From the NCBI GenBank assembly GCA_047495785.1, contig JBLDXI010000050.1, forward strand, positions 310,001-374,000: a stretch of 64,000 nucleotides of DNA, written 5' to 3'. This DNA is from Lepidodermella squamata (Eukaryota; Animalia; Gastrotricha). Below, piece after piece: positions 10,546-23,928 of this stretch (position 1 is the first letter of the stretch; every line of letters begins with the position of its first letter). The notes beneath the pieces are model-generated. The model ran no database searches and was not told the DNA's origin. It saw only the letters and a list, made by a program, of their open reading frames with translations. The position numbers and the translations under genes are program-made.

Positions 10546-12819
10546 ATGAAACTCAACATTTTGATTCTGATCCTGACAATTCCTTCGGCATCAACGTTTA
10601 AAAGCAAAACAAAGCTGAAAGTGTTGATTTTCCAGCCGTATAATGGAATGGATCCGATAATTGCCGCATCCATGACATTCACCGCTCAGTTGATTGTCGA
10701 CATAGCCAACAACCGCAGCGATTTTTTGCCCGACTACTACGTCGAACTCGTTTCAAACGACGAAGTTCGAGGGACAATCACGCCGAAGCAGGTTATCGAC
10801 TTCACTCGCTATGAACCTCAGCCTAACGAAGTCAAGGCTCCTATCATGGTTGGACCTGCATTTTCAACCGGTTGCAAGGCCGTCTCGCCATTTCTGCGGC
10901 AAATCAACATGGTAGCCTGGAGTAATTTATGCGGCGCGTTGTCTTTCGATGATCGAAAGGCTAACCCTTATCTTCACATCTCTATTACGACATCGCGAGT
11001 CGCGGTGCTTTCCATAGCGGTTTTCATCAAAAAAGTTGGCAATTGGCGAGACTTCGGAATCCTTACCAACTCAGCGAATGTCAACGACTACGCCCTTGCT
11101 TTCTTACTCTACGAAAAATCTGTTCAACTCGGCTTGACAATACCGTACTTCAACATCTTGAATAACGAAGTTACGCCCGAGGATATTCAAACTTTGAAGA
11201 AAAGCGGGCTTCGAGTTCTAGTGATATCGATATCAACGGCTCCTTTGGTGAATCAATTCATATGCGAAGCCCATAAAGCTGGTCTAACTGGTCCGAGGTA
11301 CGTCTACATCTTCCAGGTGGGCGGGTTCGTGCCAACCCTACCCAGCTCATGTCCGCAACAGGTTTACCTAGACCAGGCGAGTCACTCATTCGTTTTCGGC
11401 CCGGTTGATATCAGTACGAACAACACTAAGTCTAGCGAATTCGGGATCAACATGTCGATTCTTCACAAGCAGATTATTCAAAATCTAACCACGCTACCTC
11501 AGAATCTACTCTTTGCCCATACTCACCATGATGCGGTAACAGGGACTCTGTTAGCTCTGAATCGAACTGACAATAGGCTAAGAAGTAACTTTGGCCTTAG
11601 CTTGGCCGACTATGATAGATACCCAGAGTTGATCCTTAGGCAAACTAGTCGAGCTGTGATAGACTCTGATTTCTACGGACTAACTGGTCGAAAAACGTTC
11701 AGTCATGAGGGCCATTTTCAGGGTGATCCAATGGGGCTGAATGCCTATAACCCCAAAACTGGTATCTACCCTGTCATTCGAGGGTTCCAGTTGAAGCCAG
11801 GCAGCTTTGAAGCAACCGATTTCGACGTCGAGGTATTACGAACGATTGATTGGCCATTTGGCTCGCCACCTAAAGATCGGGCTGCCCTCCGCGTCGTAAT
11901 TGAAAGAACCTCCTTAGGGGTTCAAATCACGATCTACCTTCTTGCAGCTGGATTTTCAATAGCTCAAATTCTAGTTTTCTTCTTTATCAAAGGTCGATTT
12001 CGAATTTCGAACATTGCCGGAACTTTCGGTTGCGTAATCATGAACGTCTCAGCGTGTTTGGGGGCAAACGAGGATGTTCCAATGATGTCTTCGATATTTC
12101 TCGCCATTGTAGGAGGATCGCTGATCTTCGCGACTACAACATCTCGGCTTCACCTGCTAATGCGCCACATTCGAGGGCAAATCGACGCCTATTACGCGGA
12201 GCTAATTCGAAAAATGACACCTATTCATTACACTGGTGGTCGATCTCCAGCGAGTATGTATGGCGGCAATTTGAATCATGCTACGATAGGAATTTCACCA
12301 AGCGCTTGGAAACGCCTTGACCGAAAAACAGCTCTGGCTACGGGAGCTTGCTTCGTAGTGATAACTGGCCTATCCATCATATGGATTTTTATTCAAAGCT
12401 TCTCTTGTTCATTCGAACTCAACAGGGAGCCATTTTACGATGAAATCAAGGACGAAGTTGTGGAAACCAAGTCGATTTTCTGCCGCGAATCTGGCTCGGC
12501 ATCCTGGGGCTTGCTTGGAATCATTGGCGCAGCGATTTTCCTCATGCTATTCAGCTCTTTGCTGCCAACATATCAACTGAGCCACGTGAAGGGGTTGGAC
12601 GAGCTGAAGCCGTTGTATATCGGGGCTTGTGCCTCCATGACGCTGTATCCAGCTCTGATTTTGATTGCTGCCATAACAATGGGACAACCAAAGACGGAGA
12701 GAACTGCGGTTTCTTTTGGCTTGCTGATTATTTCTGGTGTAAGTGCTGTCGCATGGCATTGGCGATGGAAGGTTGAAAAAGTCGAGACTACGTTGGGGAA
12801 TACAAGCGCCAGAAAGTGA
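10546..12819 (+). CDS. Class C (GABA-B-like) GPCR: Venus-flytrap/ANF ectodomain plus 7TM, intronless
   Basis: Signal peptide; ANNRSDFLPDYYVEL, VGPAFSTGCKAVS, FICEAHKAGLTGPRYVYIF, DFYGLTG, WPFGSPPKD; multiple C-terminal hydrophobic helices. Confidence 0.85.
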   Translation: MKLNILILILTIPSASTFKSKTKLKVLIFQPYNGMDPIIAASMTFTAQLIVDIANNRSDFLPDYYVELVSNDEVRGTITPKQVIDFTRYEPQPNEVKAPIMVGPAFSTGCKAVSPFLRQINMVAWSNLCGALSFDDRKANPYLHISITTSRVAVLSIAVFIKKVGNWRDFGILTNSANVNDYALAFLLYEKSVQLGLTIPYFNILNNEVTPEDIQTLKKSGLRVLVISISTAPLVNQFICEAHKAGLTGPRYVYIFQVGGFVPTLPSSCPQQVYLDQASHSFVFGPVDISTNNTKSSEFGINMSILHKQIIQNLTTLPQNLLFAHTHHDAVTGTLLALNRTDNRLRSNFGLSLADYDRYPELILRQTSRAVIDSDFYGLTGRKTFSHEGHFQGDPMGLNAYNPKTGIYPVIRGFQLKPGSFEATDFDVEVLRTIDWPFGSPPKDRAALRVVIERTSLGVQITIYLLAAGFSIAQILVFFFIKGRFRISNIAGTFGCVIMNVSACLGANEDVPMMSSIFLAIVGGSLIFATTTSRLHLLMRHIRGQIDAYYAELIRKMTPIHYTGGRSPASMYGGNLNHATIGISPSAWKRLDRKTALATGACFVVITGLSIIWIFIQSFSCSFELNREPFYDEIKDEVVETKSIFCRESGSASWGLLGIIGAAIFLMLFSSLLPTYQLSHVKGLDELKPLYIGACASMTLYPALILIAAITMGQPKTERTAVSFGLLIISGVSAVAWHWRWKVEKVETTLGNTSARK

Positions 12820-14173
12820 TGAACTTTTATTCCCAGAAACAAGATAGACCTTTCATTGTAGGATTTATGCTCCCGAAATAATTAGTCTTTTGTTATCTTT
12901 AGTTTAACAGTAAAGCAAAGCCGTGAGTTTCGGTTCTAATTTTCCAAGGAAAAAACGCCAGAGATTTTGCTGGAGCTTAAGACAATTGTGGTAACTGGAG
13001 CCTGAAGCAATCGATATATTTCACGAAAACTCGGAAAGACGACAGTGCATGGTGCTGAATTTTGCTTTCACTTAATTAGGCTTAATTGAACCGGACATCG
13101 CAAGACGCCCACATAAAGCATACAGTCGAGAATTCACAAATTCTAGCGATAACCGCAAAATCTTGATTCAATGTCTCACTTTCAGCTGCTTCAGCAAAAA
13201 TGTCATTTCTTGTGAATTTAATCAACATTTTACAGAGAGGAATCGGTGTTAAAACCAAACACCTGAAGACTTCATGCGTTTTAATATTTTATTCGGTTAA
13301 CCATTCTCAACAGGCACGAATTATGTCACGTGGTCCTGCAGGAGAAGAATGAAAACTAGCTGAACTTCAGTGTTTTAAAAATGAAAATTAGTTGTCACTA
13401 AAAATAATTATTTCAATATTTATTTAATTTCGGATGAGATGTCGCGGACGACCTTTTAAAATTATGAAATCATATTGAACTCATAAAAATGTTTTACTAT
13501 TTACGGGCGCTAATTAACTCAAATTTTAGACTATAATGCCGCCTCGAAGAGTGATCGATTTTTCGGATCCCAAGGCATCTGCCCTGCTAATTTAGTCCTA
13601 TTACATTCTGTGCATAATCCTCGGCATTCATCCGGATAATTCATAAAATGCATATCAGAGTGGAAACCAGCTAAAGTGAACTCGTTAAAATTGGGATTAC
13701 TGAATTGCCTAAAATGGCATACAGAATATGATGCAATGAGAATGCGACGTCAAAAGCAAATATCCTCTGCAGGTTATAATGCGCAAATGAAACTTGATTA
13801 TCCTAGTTGTCTGTCCGAACTATATGATGTTTTTTTACATTCGACATTACTTCTCTTAAAATTGCGCAAGTCATCATGGACAGCTTTCGTATTCATTTGA
13901 ATAGTTTCACGCGTAAATAATCTAAATAATCCTCTTCCTTAGATCGAAAGATATCTGTCGATAAACATTCACGTTACTGGGACAGTGTTAGAGCAGCCAA
14001 GATTCCTGGTTCATGTAATATAGCACTAGAAACATTCAGAGAATCTACAATCATATTCGGTTGTTCGATTGAGTATGTCTGACAGAAATCCGATGCGGCT
14101 ATAAAATATCTGGCAGAAAAATGCCAGGAGCACCAATCTTCTCACAATCTTGTTGTTAAATATTAATCTTTCA

Positions 14174-15089
14174 ATGGCTTACCTTACGTTAGCAATTCTT
14201 GCTGCAAGCTGTGCCGTTGTCACAGCTTGCCCAGCGTCGACCACAACAACCACGACTCCGTGCCCAACAACCGCTTCAGCCAGTCAGCCCGCATGCCCCA
14301 CTGGTTCTGCCTGCCAAACGACAGCTAATACATGTGACACCTCAACCAACAATTGTATCCTCAAAACTGCCAATCAGTGCGCAACAGCTAGCCAGTCCTG
14401 CCAGACTACGGTAACATGAAATCCAATATTGAAAAAAATCAACGCCTTATTTTACTTACTTGGTATGCAGTCAAATGAGAGTTAATTTTACATTTGATTT
14501 GATTTCGTTTCCGCGCAGCTCTCATTCATTCAATGCATCATCGCAGCTACTCAAGGCGACGCATCCGTGACCAAGTCTAATATCAAGTTTTGTCTATCAA
14601 ACGGCGGGGCGTGCAATTCAATTTTGACTTCCGCTGCTGCTGCAAGCCCACCCGCTAGCTTTGCTACTTTCGATTCATGCTGCCAGTCGACCAGCCCATC
14701 TGGCAACATCCGATACGAATTGCTGGTGCAAGCCGGCACAGCCGCACCAGTGCAGGTATGCGTCGGCGTAGCAAATTTCACTCCATATCCTGTTACAGGA
14801 ACTACTGCTGGTTCCGCCACTGGAAATTGCATTCGCTTTCCACATACCGCTGCTCTTGCTGCAGATGTACTGATCACTAGTACTCTGGTGAGTTCCCCAA
14901 CGTCAAAAAATGCATGTGAATTATGCTTTGTTGTTACAGAAAACGTACCAGTTTCCTTCGGGTATCTACTCATACGGAACTTTCCAAGCGTGCTGCCTTG
15001 GCCTAGGCGTCACCGGCGGTGCCCAAGCGCTTGGCACTGCTACTGCATATGGCTTCGCTTCCTTTGACAAGTGCACAGCTTCCAACTAA
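14174..15089 (+). CDS. Secreted Cys/Thr/Ala-rich protein, copy 1 (3 exons; introns ~14411-14518 and ~14887-14939)
   Basis: Signal MAYLTLAILAASCAVVTA, in-frame splicing, repeated (A/G)TF..CC motifs. Paralog at 41453-42416. Confidence 0.75.
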
Positions 15090-15944
15090 GCAATGCTTCC
15101 AACAAACAAAGGAATCGACCGATTGTTGTCATCATCGATTCCAGTTTGCATTAAACTGCCTATATTCAGCTTGCTAATCAATCGATTACATTCTACTAAA
15201 AGAATTGTGTCGTTCAAAAAATGTTACTTGATTTATGTTCTTGGACATTCTACTATTCTACATTATGGGGCATAAATATTAAGCCGACTTTATTATTTAC
15301 GCAGCGCAGTCACATATTGCTGACCGAGGTGATTAGTTCCGACGAGAAGGATCGGCGACTTATGGTGTTGCTGCCACTCAGCCGGAGCAGTAGAGGTAGA
15401 GTGCTCTGCTCAGCTCAGCGTGCCGTGTCTTGGAAGCAAACCCCTGACCTTCTGAGAAAACACAGCGGGCCATTAAGCCACGTGCTCCCACGCCCCCAAA
15501 CCCTAAGAAATTGACACATGAGTGTCCCGACATGCTCCAGCCATCTCTGGCAATGGATTCGGACAATAATATAAGCCCATCGCGACAAATTAAGAGAAGG
15601 TATACCAAACAGGCACATACCCCCCAATATTAGCGAAATATGCGAGACCCAATTCATTGATGGATCATTTTTCACTCTGAAGGTTAGACTTCGGCCAAAA
15701 AAATGCATGCTGGAACTGCGGCATGAAATGAAGCCTACGAACACACGTAGTAAGCTCGCTTAGGCGAATCTATGAAAGACTCTAAAAAAGACGAATAATC
15801 ATGATATACCTCGTTTTAAATGAAATGTGAGAAAAATGACACGGCCGAAGCGCAATGCGTTGCGCTTACCTCGCCCTATGCCGCTCATGAATATTAAAAT
15901 TATGCGCGCGGAAAGTAAGGCGCGGCTACCATAATTCATCAATA

Positions 15945-16092
15945 ATTGTGAATGAATATGTGTAAATTAGAAACATATTTGTGAATAGTATGGTTGTTAT
16001 CCGACGTCAAAAATCATCAAATCCACCTGACGCTTGATATCTTGATGTTCGCGTGCCACGATGTTTCAAATTTACACATATTCATTCACAAT
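15945..16092. repeat. ~147-bp inverted-repeat element (MITE-like)
   Basis: ATTGTGAATGAATATGTGTAAATTAGAAACAT ... ATGTTTCAAATTTACACATATTCATTCACAAT. Confidence 0.55.
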
Positions 16093-16120
16093 TCCAGTGC
16101 TCCCTCGATAAAAGCACTGG

Positions 16121-16655
16121 CAGAGACTTTGATTTGATTTGATTTGATTTGATTTTATTGTGATTTTATTTTATTTGGGTATTTTTGGTGATTTTATTTA
16201 CTGATGATTTTATTTAAAAAATTGTAGAATGATTTGATTTGATTTCGATTTAGCCCCCTTGATTTACTGCTGATTTAGAGACAGTAATCTTAACTCTTGA
16301 AATTCCTCGTGTTACGGAACACGAGAACTAAGATTTTTATCGAAAACATCTTGTTCCATCATACTCCCGGGCCATTAAATCGCGTTTAGACCTGTCCTGC
16401 CAAAACCAACCTTAAAATGTGCAGAGTCCAAAGAAAGTTACCCCAAAACCAAAACTCAAGTTTTTCTAAGCGAAAGATTTGATTCGATTTGATTTACAGG
16501 GCCTGATGATTTGATTGGATTGATTACCATGGAGGATTTGGTGATTTGATTGGATTGATTATCATGGAGGATTTGGTGATTTGATTTAAAATGATTCATT
16601 TAAAAGGACCTGTGATTTAGTTTAGCAATCAAATCAAATCAAATCAAAGTCACTG
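16121..16655. mobile_element. 535-bp hAT-type MITE with (GATTT)n subterminal microsatellite
   Basis: Termini CAGAGACTTTGATTTG...CAAATCAAAGTCACTG. TSD AGCACTGG at 16113-16120 and 16656-16663. Confidence 0.85.
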
Positions 16656-16789
16656 AGCACTGGATCGGGAGCCAGACCCGTTCTTTATAACGTTGAAACG
16701 TTAACGCGATGAATCATAAGTGCGTCGCCAAGTATTTGTTCTTAGTTCCAGGGCGAATTTGATTTGACTGGTTAGCCATTGTTTTTTTT

Positions 16790-17460
16790 GGTGTATTCGG
16801 CTCTGATTTTGATTGCCGCCATAAAAATGGGACAACCAGTGACGGAACGAACTGCGGTTTCTTCCAGCTTGCTTATCATATCTGGCGTAAGTGCTGTCGT
16901 GTGGCATTGGCGATGGAAGATTGACAAGGTCAAGACAACGTTAAGGCATACAAGCGCCAGTGATGAACTTCTACCATTACGGGAAACAAAATAGGAATTG
17001 CATTGTAGGATGCAGGATTTGTTACCTTCAAATCAGGATTCTGAAATATTATGTTATCTTTAGTTGCAATTACTACCCAGTAAACCCAAGTCGTGAGGTC
17101 CGGTTCTGAATTTTCTCATGAAGAATACTGTCTGAGATGTTGCTAGTGCATTAGGACAATTCTGTTAACCAAGTGTGGAAAAATCAATATTTTGCGATAA
17201 CTTGCCAAGTGATGCCTACACCTGATTAGGCCTGATTGAACCGAAATCGCAAAACGCCCACAATAAACCGAGAAATCACAATTTCAAACCGCTAAGGTTC
17301 AGTATCCCACTTTATTTTAGCTGATGCAGCAAGGATCCCATTTCTTGCGGTCTCGGGTTTTATATGGTTGACTTGTCACACCAGGCACGAATTCTGTCAC
17401 GTGGCCCTCGCAGAAGAAGAACAAAAACTGGCCGAACTTTAGTGTAATAAAAATGAGAAA
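16790..17460 (+). pseudogene. Duplicated 3' fragment of the GPCR gene with its downstream flank
   Basis: YSALILIAAIKMGQPVTERTAVSSSLLIISGVSAVVWHWRWK matches the GPCR C-terminus. The non-coding flank matches ~12820-13390. Confidence 0.8.
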
Positions 17461-17679
17461 ATAATCGTTATTTGTGTTTTTTCATACGTGACCTTGTGTG
17501 TAATAAATTGACGCAGATCATCGATTCAGCATTCAGCTATAACACGCAATGCAATTTATTGCGGTAATAAGGCCACTCGAGCCAACACGGGAGTTGTAAT
17601 GAACATAAATTACATCAGGCTGGCCGTAAAAAATATTCAGCATTTTGCTCATATGAAATGGCGCAGTAAATTTAATGCT

Positions 17680-18920
17680 ATGTCGAGTTCAATTTTTGAA
17701 GCTATTTTAATCCTAACTGTCTTCATCAGTAAGATCGAAGGCTATGGATTCGCTTGTCAAAAAAGTGAGTAAACTTTCATTAAACAATCTTGAGATTGAA
17801 AATTTATTTTTATTTTCGGCTAAAGATTAAATTTCGAAATTTTTCTCGAAACTAATTTTAAAATGTACAATTATTCAAAAAAATTGAAAGAAATCGAGCG
17901 AATTATCCAAATAAAATGTTAAATATGTTAAATAAGGTGGGTTTTCAAAATATTCTTTTTCAGCAGATTACAGAATTTTTATCGCCCTCTCTGATGCTGA
18001 TAATGTATGGCTTGGCCGTAATATTGACGCGCAGGCCATTTGCCACCAATCCGGCCACATAATCGCAAACGATCTCGCCTGCATTCGATCGCTGTTAACG
18101 AATACAACGCAATACCCGGACTTGTACGGCAAACGGCTGCCTCGAAAATTCTGGATAGCTAGCCTGGTCACAGTTGGCACGGGCAAAGACTCGCAATCTT
18201 GCTTGGCGTGGTCACGTGACCTGAATGTGAGCGTATTCGTGCCTTGCATCGAACTTGCTGGCGTGCTGTGCCAGGGCGTGACTGTTCCAACGGAAAATGT
18301 TGCTCAGAAAACAACAGGAGAGCTCAAGGTGACCTAAAACTCATTGAATTTTCATTTTTCCTAATAATCAATTTTGCTATAATTTCTGAAAAATTTTTAA
18401 ATTCATCAAAAAATTTGTTAAAATTTTTTTTAAATTTTAAAATTTAAAATGACTTTTAATATTCAACAAATTTGAAATTCAAGTGAAGTGGTGGCTATTT
18501 TTTTAAACTTTTTGAAATTTTTTGAACTTTTGGAAATCATTAAAATGCTTAAAATAATTTTGAAATATGTTCAGGGTGAGCGGACGACAACGACAGATCT
18601 CCGCGATCCGTTCTACCTGACGTGCTTAGTCCTAGGCATTTTGCTAATTGCAATCATCATAACAGCAGCCTCATGCAGGTGAGCCTATAATATAGCACTG
18701 ATGGCCTCGCGCTCTCAGTGCGGCGTCTCAATTTCACCTAATAATAATATCAAATGTCAATAATGATGATCGTTTTTTTCCTACTACCTCACCTCACAGA
18801 GTCGATATATCAGGCGGCAATCGCAGTTCACAGCGGCGCAGTGAATCGCAACCGCTCATTAAATCATCTACTAGCTTCAAACGCGATGCAACTTCGACGA
18901 GTTTTCACGTTCCGGCGTAG
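17680..18920 (+). CDS. Single-pass membrane protein with a divergent C-type-lectin-like domain, paralog A (4 exons)
   Basis: Signal exon; DAQAICHQSGHIIA, KFWIA, CLAW..VPCIELAGVLCQ; TM exon DPFYLTCLVLGILLIAIII. Confidence 0.65.
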
Positions 18921-19742
18921 ATAAAAAAAATCACCCATGAATCGAAAAATTGTCATCTCTTCAAGCCTATTATTTTTCGTATTTATTTTAATAATCACTG
19001 CTTCTGTCAGTAAAAAAATCTGTATTAAATAAAATAAATTTGTGAATAATTTATGAAAAATTAATTAATTTTGATATTCCGGATATTTGCCTACTCTCAT
19101 TGATTTTAAGTGCCGTGATTTGCTAAACAAATATTGCCTATCAGCTATCCACCTTAATAATTAACTACCTATGGTAAAAAAAAATCTATGCCGATTTTGA
19201 TTAGATAGGACTATATAGGCTCAAGCGGTTTTACAGGTGCACAGAAATTGTCAGAAAAATTCTTAAGAATTCGCTCGAGCCTCCATTATTTCATCACATT
19301 TTGACTATTTTCCATGCAATTCTATTTCTCAGAATTTTTTATTTATTTTGTAGTCATTAAATTCTCCTTAATTTAGCGAAAATTCGAAAAGTCTTCTATT
19401 GAAGTTTTGGAGTTTGAATTTCTTTTGATAATATTTCTTTCGCTCAGCGCCGGAAGTAGTCGCCGATATTTTGCTCTCGTTCTACTGCGAATAAAACAGG
19501 GAGGGCCATTAAAGCGGAAGCGGCCATTGAAAAACAGCTGGCGCAGTTTGATCTCGCGCGTCCATATAGCCGCCTTCCTGCCGCCTAGCTTAAATGTTAT
19601 ACTTTTATATACCTTGAATGCTAATAAATCGTTTTGTACTCAAAAAAATTCTAGCTTCAGAATAAAAATCACATCGCTTGATAAACAAAATTAGGAAAAT
19701 ATTTTCAATAATTATAAGAATAAATTCGAATTAAATGATAAA

Positions 19743-20948
19743 ATGGTGAATTTTATTGCATCGATATCCTTACTAATTATCGGCTCAATCACCGACCTCG
19801 CATCTGGTCAAGGATTTTACTGCAATAATAGTAAGTTCATGTACTCTGAATTAAACTTCATAAAGTTCGAAGAAATGTTTTAACAATATTTTCAATTTTT
19901 TATTAATTTTTAGAAAATATTTTCAGGAATCGGATAAAAAATTTTTCCTTTGGATGTTTGAAAAATTGAAAATCAGACTTTTCTCAAAAATTTCGAATTA
20001 AATATGCTCTAACAGCTCGATTTTTTGAGGATTTTAATGTATTTTTCCTGAATTTTTTCAGCAAATTATCGGCTGTTTGTTGCCCATTCCGATACTGGCA
20101 AATTTTGGCTGGGCAATTTCAACGACGCTCGCGCCTTTTGCCGCCACTCAGGTCACGTGATCGCCGATGACCAGGCGTGTTACCGCTCGTTTTTCAAAAG
20201 CCGCGCCGGTTTCGAGTCCATGGTAGGCACATCGAATCCACCGCCTAAATTTTGGGTTGGCTCGCGCGGCGAACCAGCAGCGTGCCGCGCATGGCCACAT
20301 GGCGGCAATGAAACTGTACAACCGTCTTGCTTGGAAATAGCCGGCGTGCTGTGCCAGGGTCTTTCAACCGATGACCATTCAATGCATGAAACTTACTCAC
20401 AACGAGGCTTGCCATTCGTAAGAAAAAAATTCAAAAAAATATAAAATATTGAATTTTCGTGAAAATTTTTGAAAATTTGAAAAATATCGAATTATTGATA
20501 TTTTATTGAATTTTTCAAATAAATTTCCAGAATTCACCTGGGAAGTTTTTTTCAAGTTTTTTTCAAATTTTAATATCATTTTTAAATTTTACTAAAATTT
20601 AGAAATTAAAATTAAGATCGCTAATTTATTTTTTTTAATTTTAGACAACAATGCCGCCTCGAAGGGTAATTGAATTTCATGATCCCAAGGCATCTGGCCT
20701 GCTAATTGAACCCTACTACATCCTGTGCATAATTCTCGGCATTGTGCTGTTCATTATCATCGTTTCTGCTGCTGTTTTCAGGTTTGGTATCCCTTCAATT
20801 TTCAATTTCAAATAGAAGAAATTTCGCCTGCATTTTTAGGATTGATTTGAAGGACGATTTGCCAAACCGGAATCGCGGGCCTATTGATCAAATCGAACAG
20901 CCACTTATAGCTTCAAAGAGCCAGACGATTGAATTTGCCGGAAAGTAG
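19743..20948 (+). CDS. C-type-lectin-like membrane protein, paralog B (4 exons)
   Basis: Same exon layout as paralog A; DARAFCRHSGHVIA, KFWVG, CRAW..PSCLEIAGVLCQ; TM EPYYILCIILGIVLFIII. An orphan copy of exon 3 lies at ~13525-13628. Confidence 0.65.
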
Positions 20949-21222
20949 CGGTTCATCTATAGGCGACTCGAGATTTCCCACTGCCATGATTCATATAACA
21001 AACACATGGACCAAACAAAAATTGAGCAATAATTTTGATTATATTAGTTATATTCTACATTTCTCTTTCTGTGAAGAAAAATATATTTAGGATTTTTTGA
21101 ATTTTATGTTGAAGCAAGTAATAAAATTAATTGAAAAAACCTCTTCTTATTGAGCCGTAGTGGACAATTTAGTGTGATTTCTAGTAAAAGCCTTATCAGC
21201 AATACATTGCAGCAATGCAGCT

Positions 21223-21248
21223 ATCCTTAGGTCGGTGGTTCAAGTCCG
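21223..21248 (+). pseudogene. tRNA(Tyr)-like 3' half fragment
   Basis: ATCCTTAGGTCGGTGGTTCAAGTCCG resembles the 3' half and B-box of eukaryotic tRNA-Tyr. No intact 5' half or acceptor stem. Confidence 0.35.
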
Positions 21249-21605
21249 CGAGAAATGACAGAAAAAATGAGAAATTCTCAGCAATAACCTAAAGTGAAAA
21301 TTTTGAAAACCGCACATTTTCCTAATAACCCATTTTATTTGACACGTGTGCGGGAATGCAATGCGTTTTTTCAATGAGTGCGTCAAATGAAAATGGGCCA
21401 TTAACAAATTCACTTCCATTTTCCGTATATTTTCAAGAAGTTATGCAAATATCATTGAATTTTTCATATTTCGGAACATTTGTAATCTATTCATTTGCTC
21501 AATATTTATCCGTTTTTATGTTACGACTGCACTCATCAATGGCTATGCCACGAATATTCAAGCAATGAGTATAAGCTTCATGTATTCTTACTACGAAAGG
21601 AAAAC

Positions 21606-23174
21606 ATGAGTTTTCTACTACTATCTATTTTACTATATGCTGAAATTTTCAACCTGGTAACTTTTTGTATTCTCTAAAAAACTCGGTTGAAAATCTTGTA
21701 ACTCAAGTCAGCAGGTCAATTTTACATCCAACTGCCCGAGGACAACACATGCGGCCGTATAACAGTAAACGAAACTTACGACGGGCAACTCGATGGGGCT
21801 AAACTAGCTGTCCCGAATGAATTCCCATGGATGGTAAACATTTGAGAAAAAATCTGAAAAATTAGAAAATAATTCCGAATATTTTCTAGGTTTTTCTTGA
21901 AATTTATTTCCCAAAATTGAGCTTGAAACGGCAATGTGGAGCGGCGTTGATCAACAGGTGGTGGCTGGTAACCGCAGCTCATTGCTTGTACAGAAATGGA
22001 AATCCGCCATATTTGTAAAAATTTGTAAAAATCCTTGAAAATTACGAAAAATTCTTTAATTTATTCAGCATAAAAGCGCTGTTAGGCAAACATAATTTGA
22101 ACTTGAACAACGAAACTGGGACAAGGGAGATAGTGGTTGATCCTCGCGTTATCCCGCACCCGGATTTTTCGATCAGCGACCCGACCGTCAGCAATGATAT
22201 AGCCTTGTTGCGGTTGTACTCGCCGATTCAGCAATTTACGACCAAACTCAGCCCGCTTTGCTTGCCGGATGATGAAATGTGTGGCGCGGAAGAGACTGGC
22301 GATGAGTTGGGCATAGATAACTGCACGCATGGAGTCGCCTCAGGATGGAGCCTTAACGGATGTACGTCAAACATTCATTTCCTATCAATAATATAAAAAA
22401 ATGCGGGCAAAAATTTCAACCGAAAGCACAATTTCCTTTGGAATTATGCTCATTAAATGCGAAATTTTACAAAAAATTGTTCAGAAACTTCAAAATTTCA
22501 CAAAATTTCAATAAAATTTCAAAAATTCCAATTTCAAATTTTTTCAAATTATTCACAGTATTTACGACTTGCCTTTTTACACAGATCTCCCAACCGATTT
22601 ACTGAAAAAAGTTACCCTGCGAACAATTTCCAAGCCCGATTGCAAAGCAATAATCGAATCGGGCGGTTACACCAACGAAGTCCTTAGCGACTCTAAAATG
22701 TGCATGTTCGGCAATGCGAGTGACACGTGCCGAGGCGACTCTGGTGGGCCTTTGGTCTGTCGCCGCTCAGACCAAGCTTACCTATTTGGTATCACCTCAA
22801 TGGGCGACCCGACTTGTTCAGGCAAACTGCCGTCAATCTACACAAGGGTGTGCAATTCGATATCTTGGATTCGAGAAACAATCAATAACAGCACTGTATC
22901 GCTTTGGCCGTTCGATGTGCCTATTAGGACTAGTACTACAACAATTTCAGTTAATTTCACGGATTCGTCGAGTGAAAATTCAACTTCGGTGGAGGAAATC
23001 GCAACTACAACGAGTGAATTGGTGTTTCTGCACCAAACTTTAGCTGATAATGCTACGACGCTACATGAAACTACCACTGTCGGCCTGCGAACTTTGACAG
23101 TGACAGAGAACTCCTTGGATTTTAATGGCACTCGCATATATTTCTCGACGGTTAGTGTGAACGGAACGATCTGA
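21606..23174 (+). CDS. Trypsin-family (S1) serine protease with Thr/Ser-rich tail (multi-exon)
   Basis: Signal exon; EFPWM; catalytic triad LVTAAHC (~21968), NDIALLRL, DTCRGDSGGPLVC; PSIYTRV. Confidence 0.88.
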
Positions 23175-23454
23175 ACGGAACGAAGATTCCCCACGACAAC
23201 GGGGAGTTCCTCGTCATTGGTTAATAAAGCGGTTGATAAAGAATACCTGAGAGTTGACTCATGCATTCATAAAGGAAGGACCAAATGGACACCCTAAATT
23301 TAGGGTTCCAGTAGAATATTTTCCCAAAATAGGAATTTTTCGAGTTTCAAATTTCCTAGAATCGAAATTGTTTATTACTATGCTTGACCGATCGATCTCA
23401 TCTTACTTTTCACTATCACAGGGCAAATTGCGAATTGAGTTATACTCCAGCGCA

Positions 23455-23612
23455 GCAGGCCGATATATATTCCAAGCAGAGAGCGAAGTAGGACAGGTTA
23501 ACTCGTTAGGATAAGGGAAATTGACGTAAGGGTCTTTGATTGAAATCACTTTGCAGATCCGTTGAACTGGTAGGGATGATCCCTACCATCCCTAGCGGTT
23601 CTGCGCTCTCCG
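23455..23612. repeat. Dispersed repeat, copy 1 (copy 2 at ~27990-28137)
   Basis: Shared AGAGCGAAGTA..GGATAAGG..GAACTGGT(A/G)GGGATGATCCCTACCATCCCTA(G/A)CGGT..CGCTCTC, including a short palindrome. Confidence 0.6.
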
Positions 23613-23928
23613 ATTCCATATATCGATCTTCCAAATCAGTGATTATTCCGATTATTCCGACAAGGGGAACCCTAAAGTTAAGGGTTACGGTGTTGATTTG
23701 TTACCACCCATTGCTTAAAGGGAGGGTTCCCCTTTTAATGGAATCCTCCTTCGAGAAACCCCGTGGTTTCCCAAGGGAATAAATGCGCAGTAGCTCAAAG
23801 AACAATAGGTTCCTCGACCTGACCTGATGATTCGATAATATCTGATCAGGACACATAGCTGAGTTAGAATGACAGCTTTATTGACGTACATCGCATGTAC
23901 CAGGCTAGCAAATCAGCTTAAACAACGG

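Noticed and set aside
23818-23852. Second hammerhead (CTGATGA)
   Set aside because: No GAAA or stem II follows.
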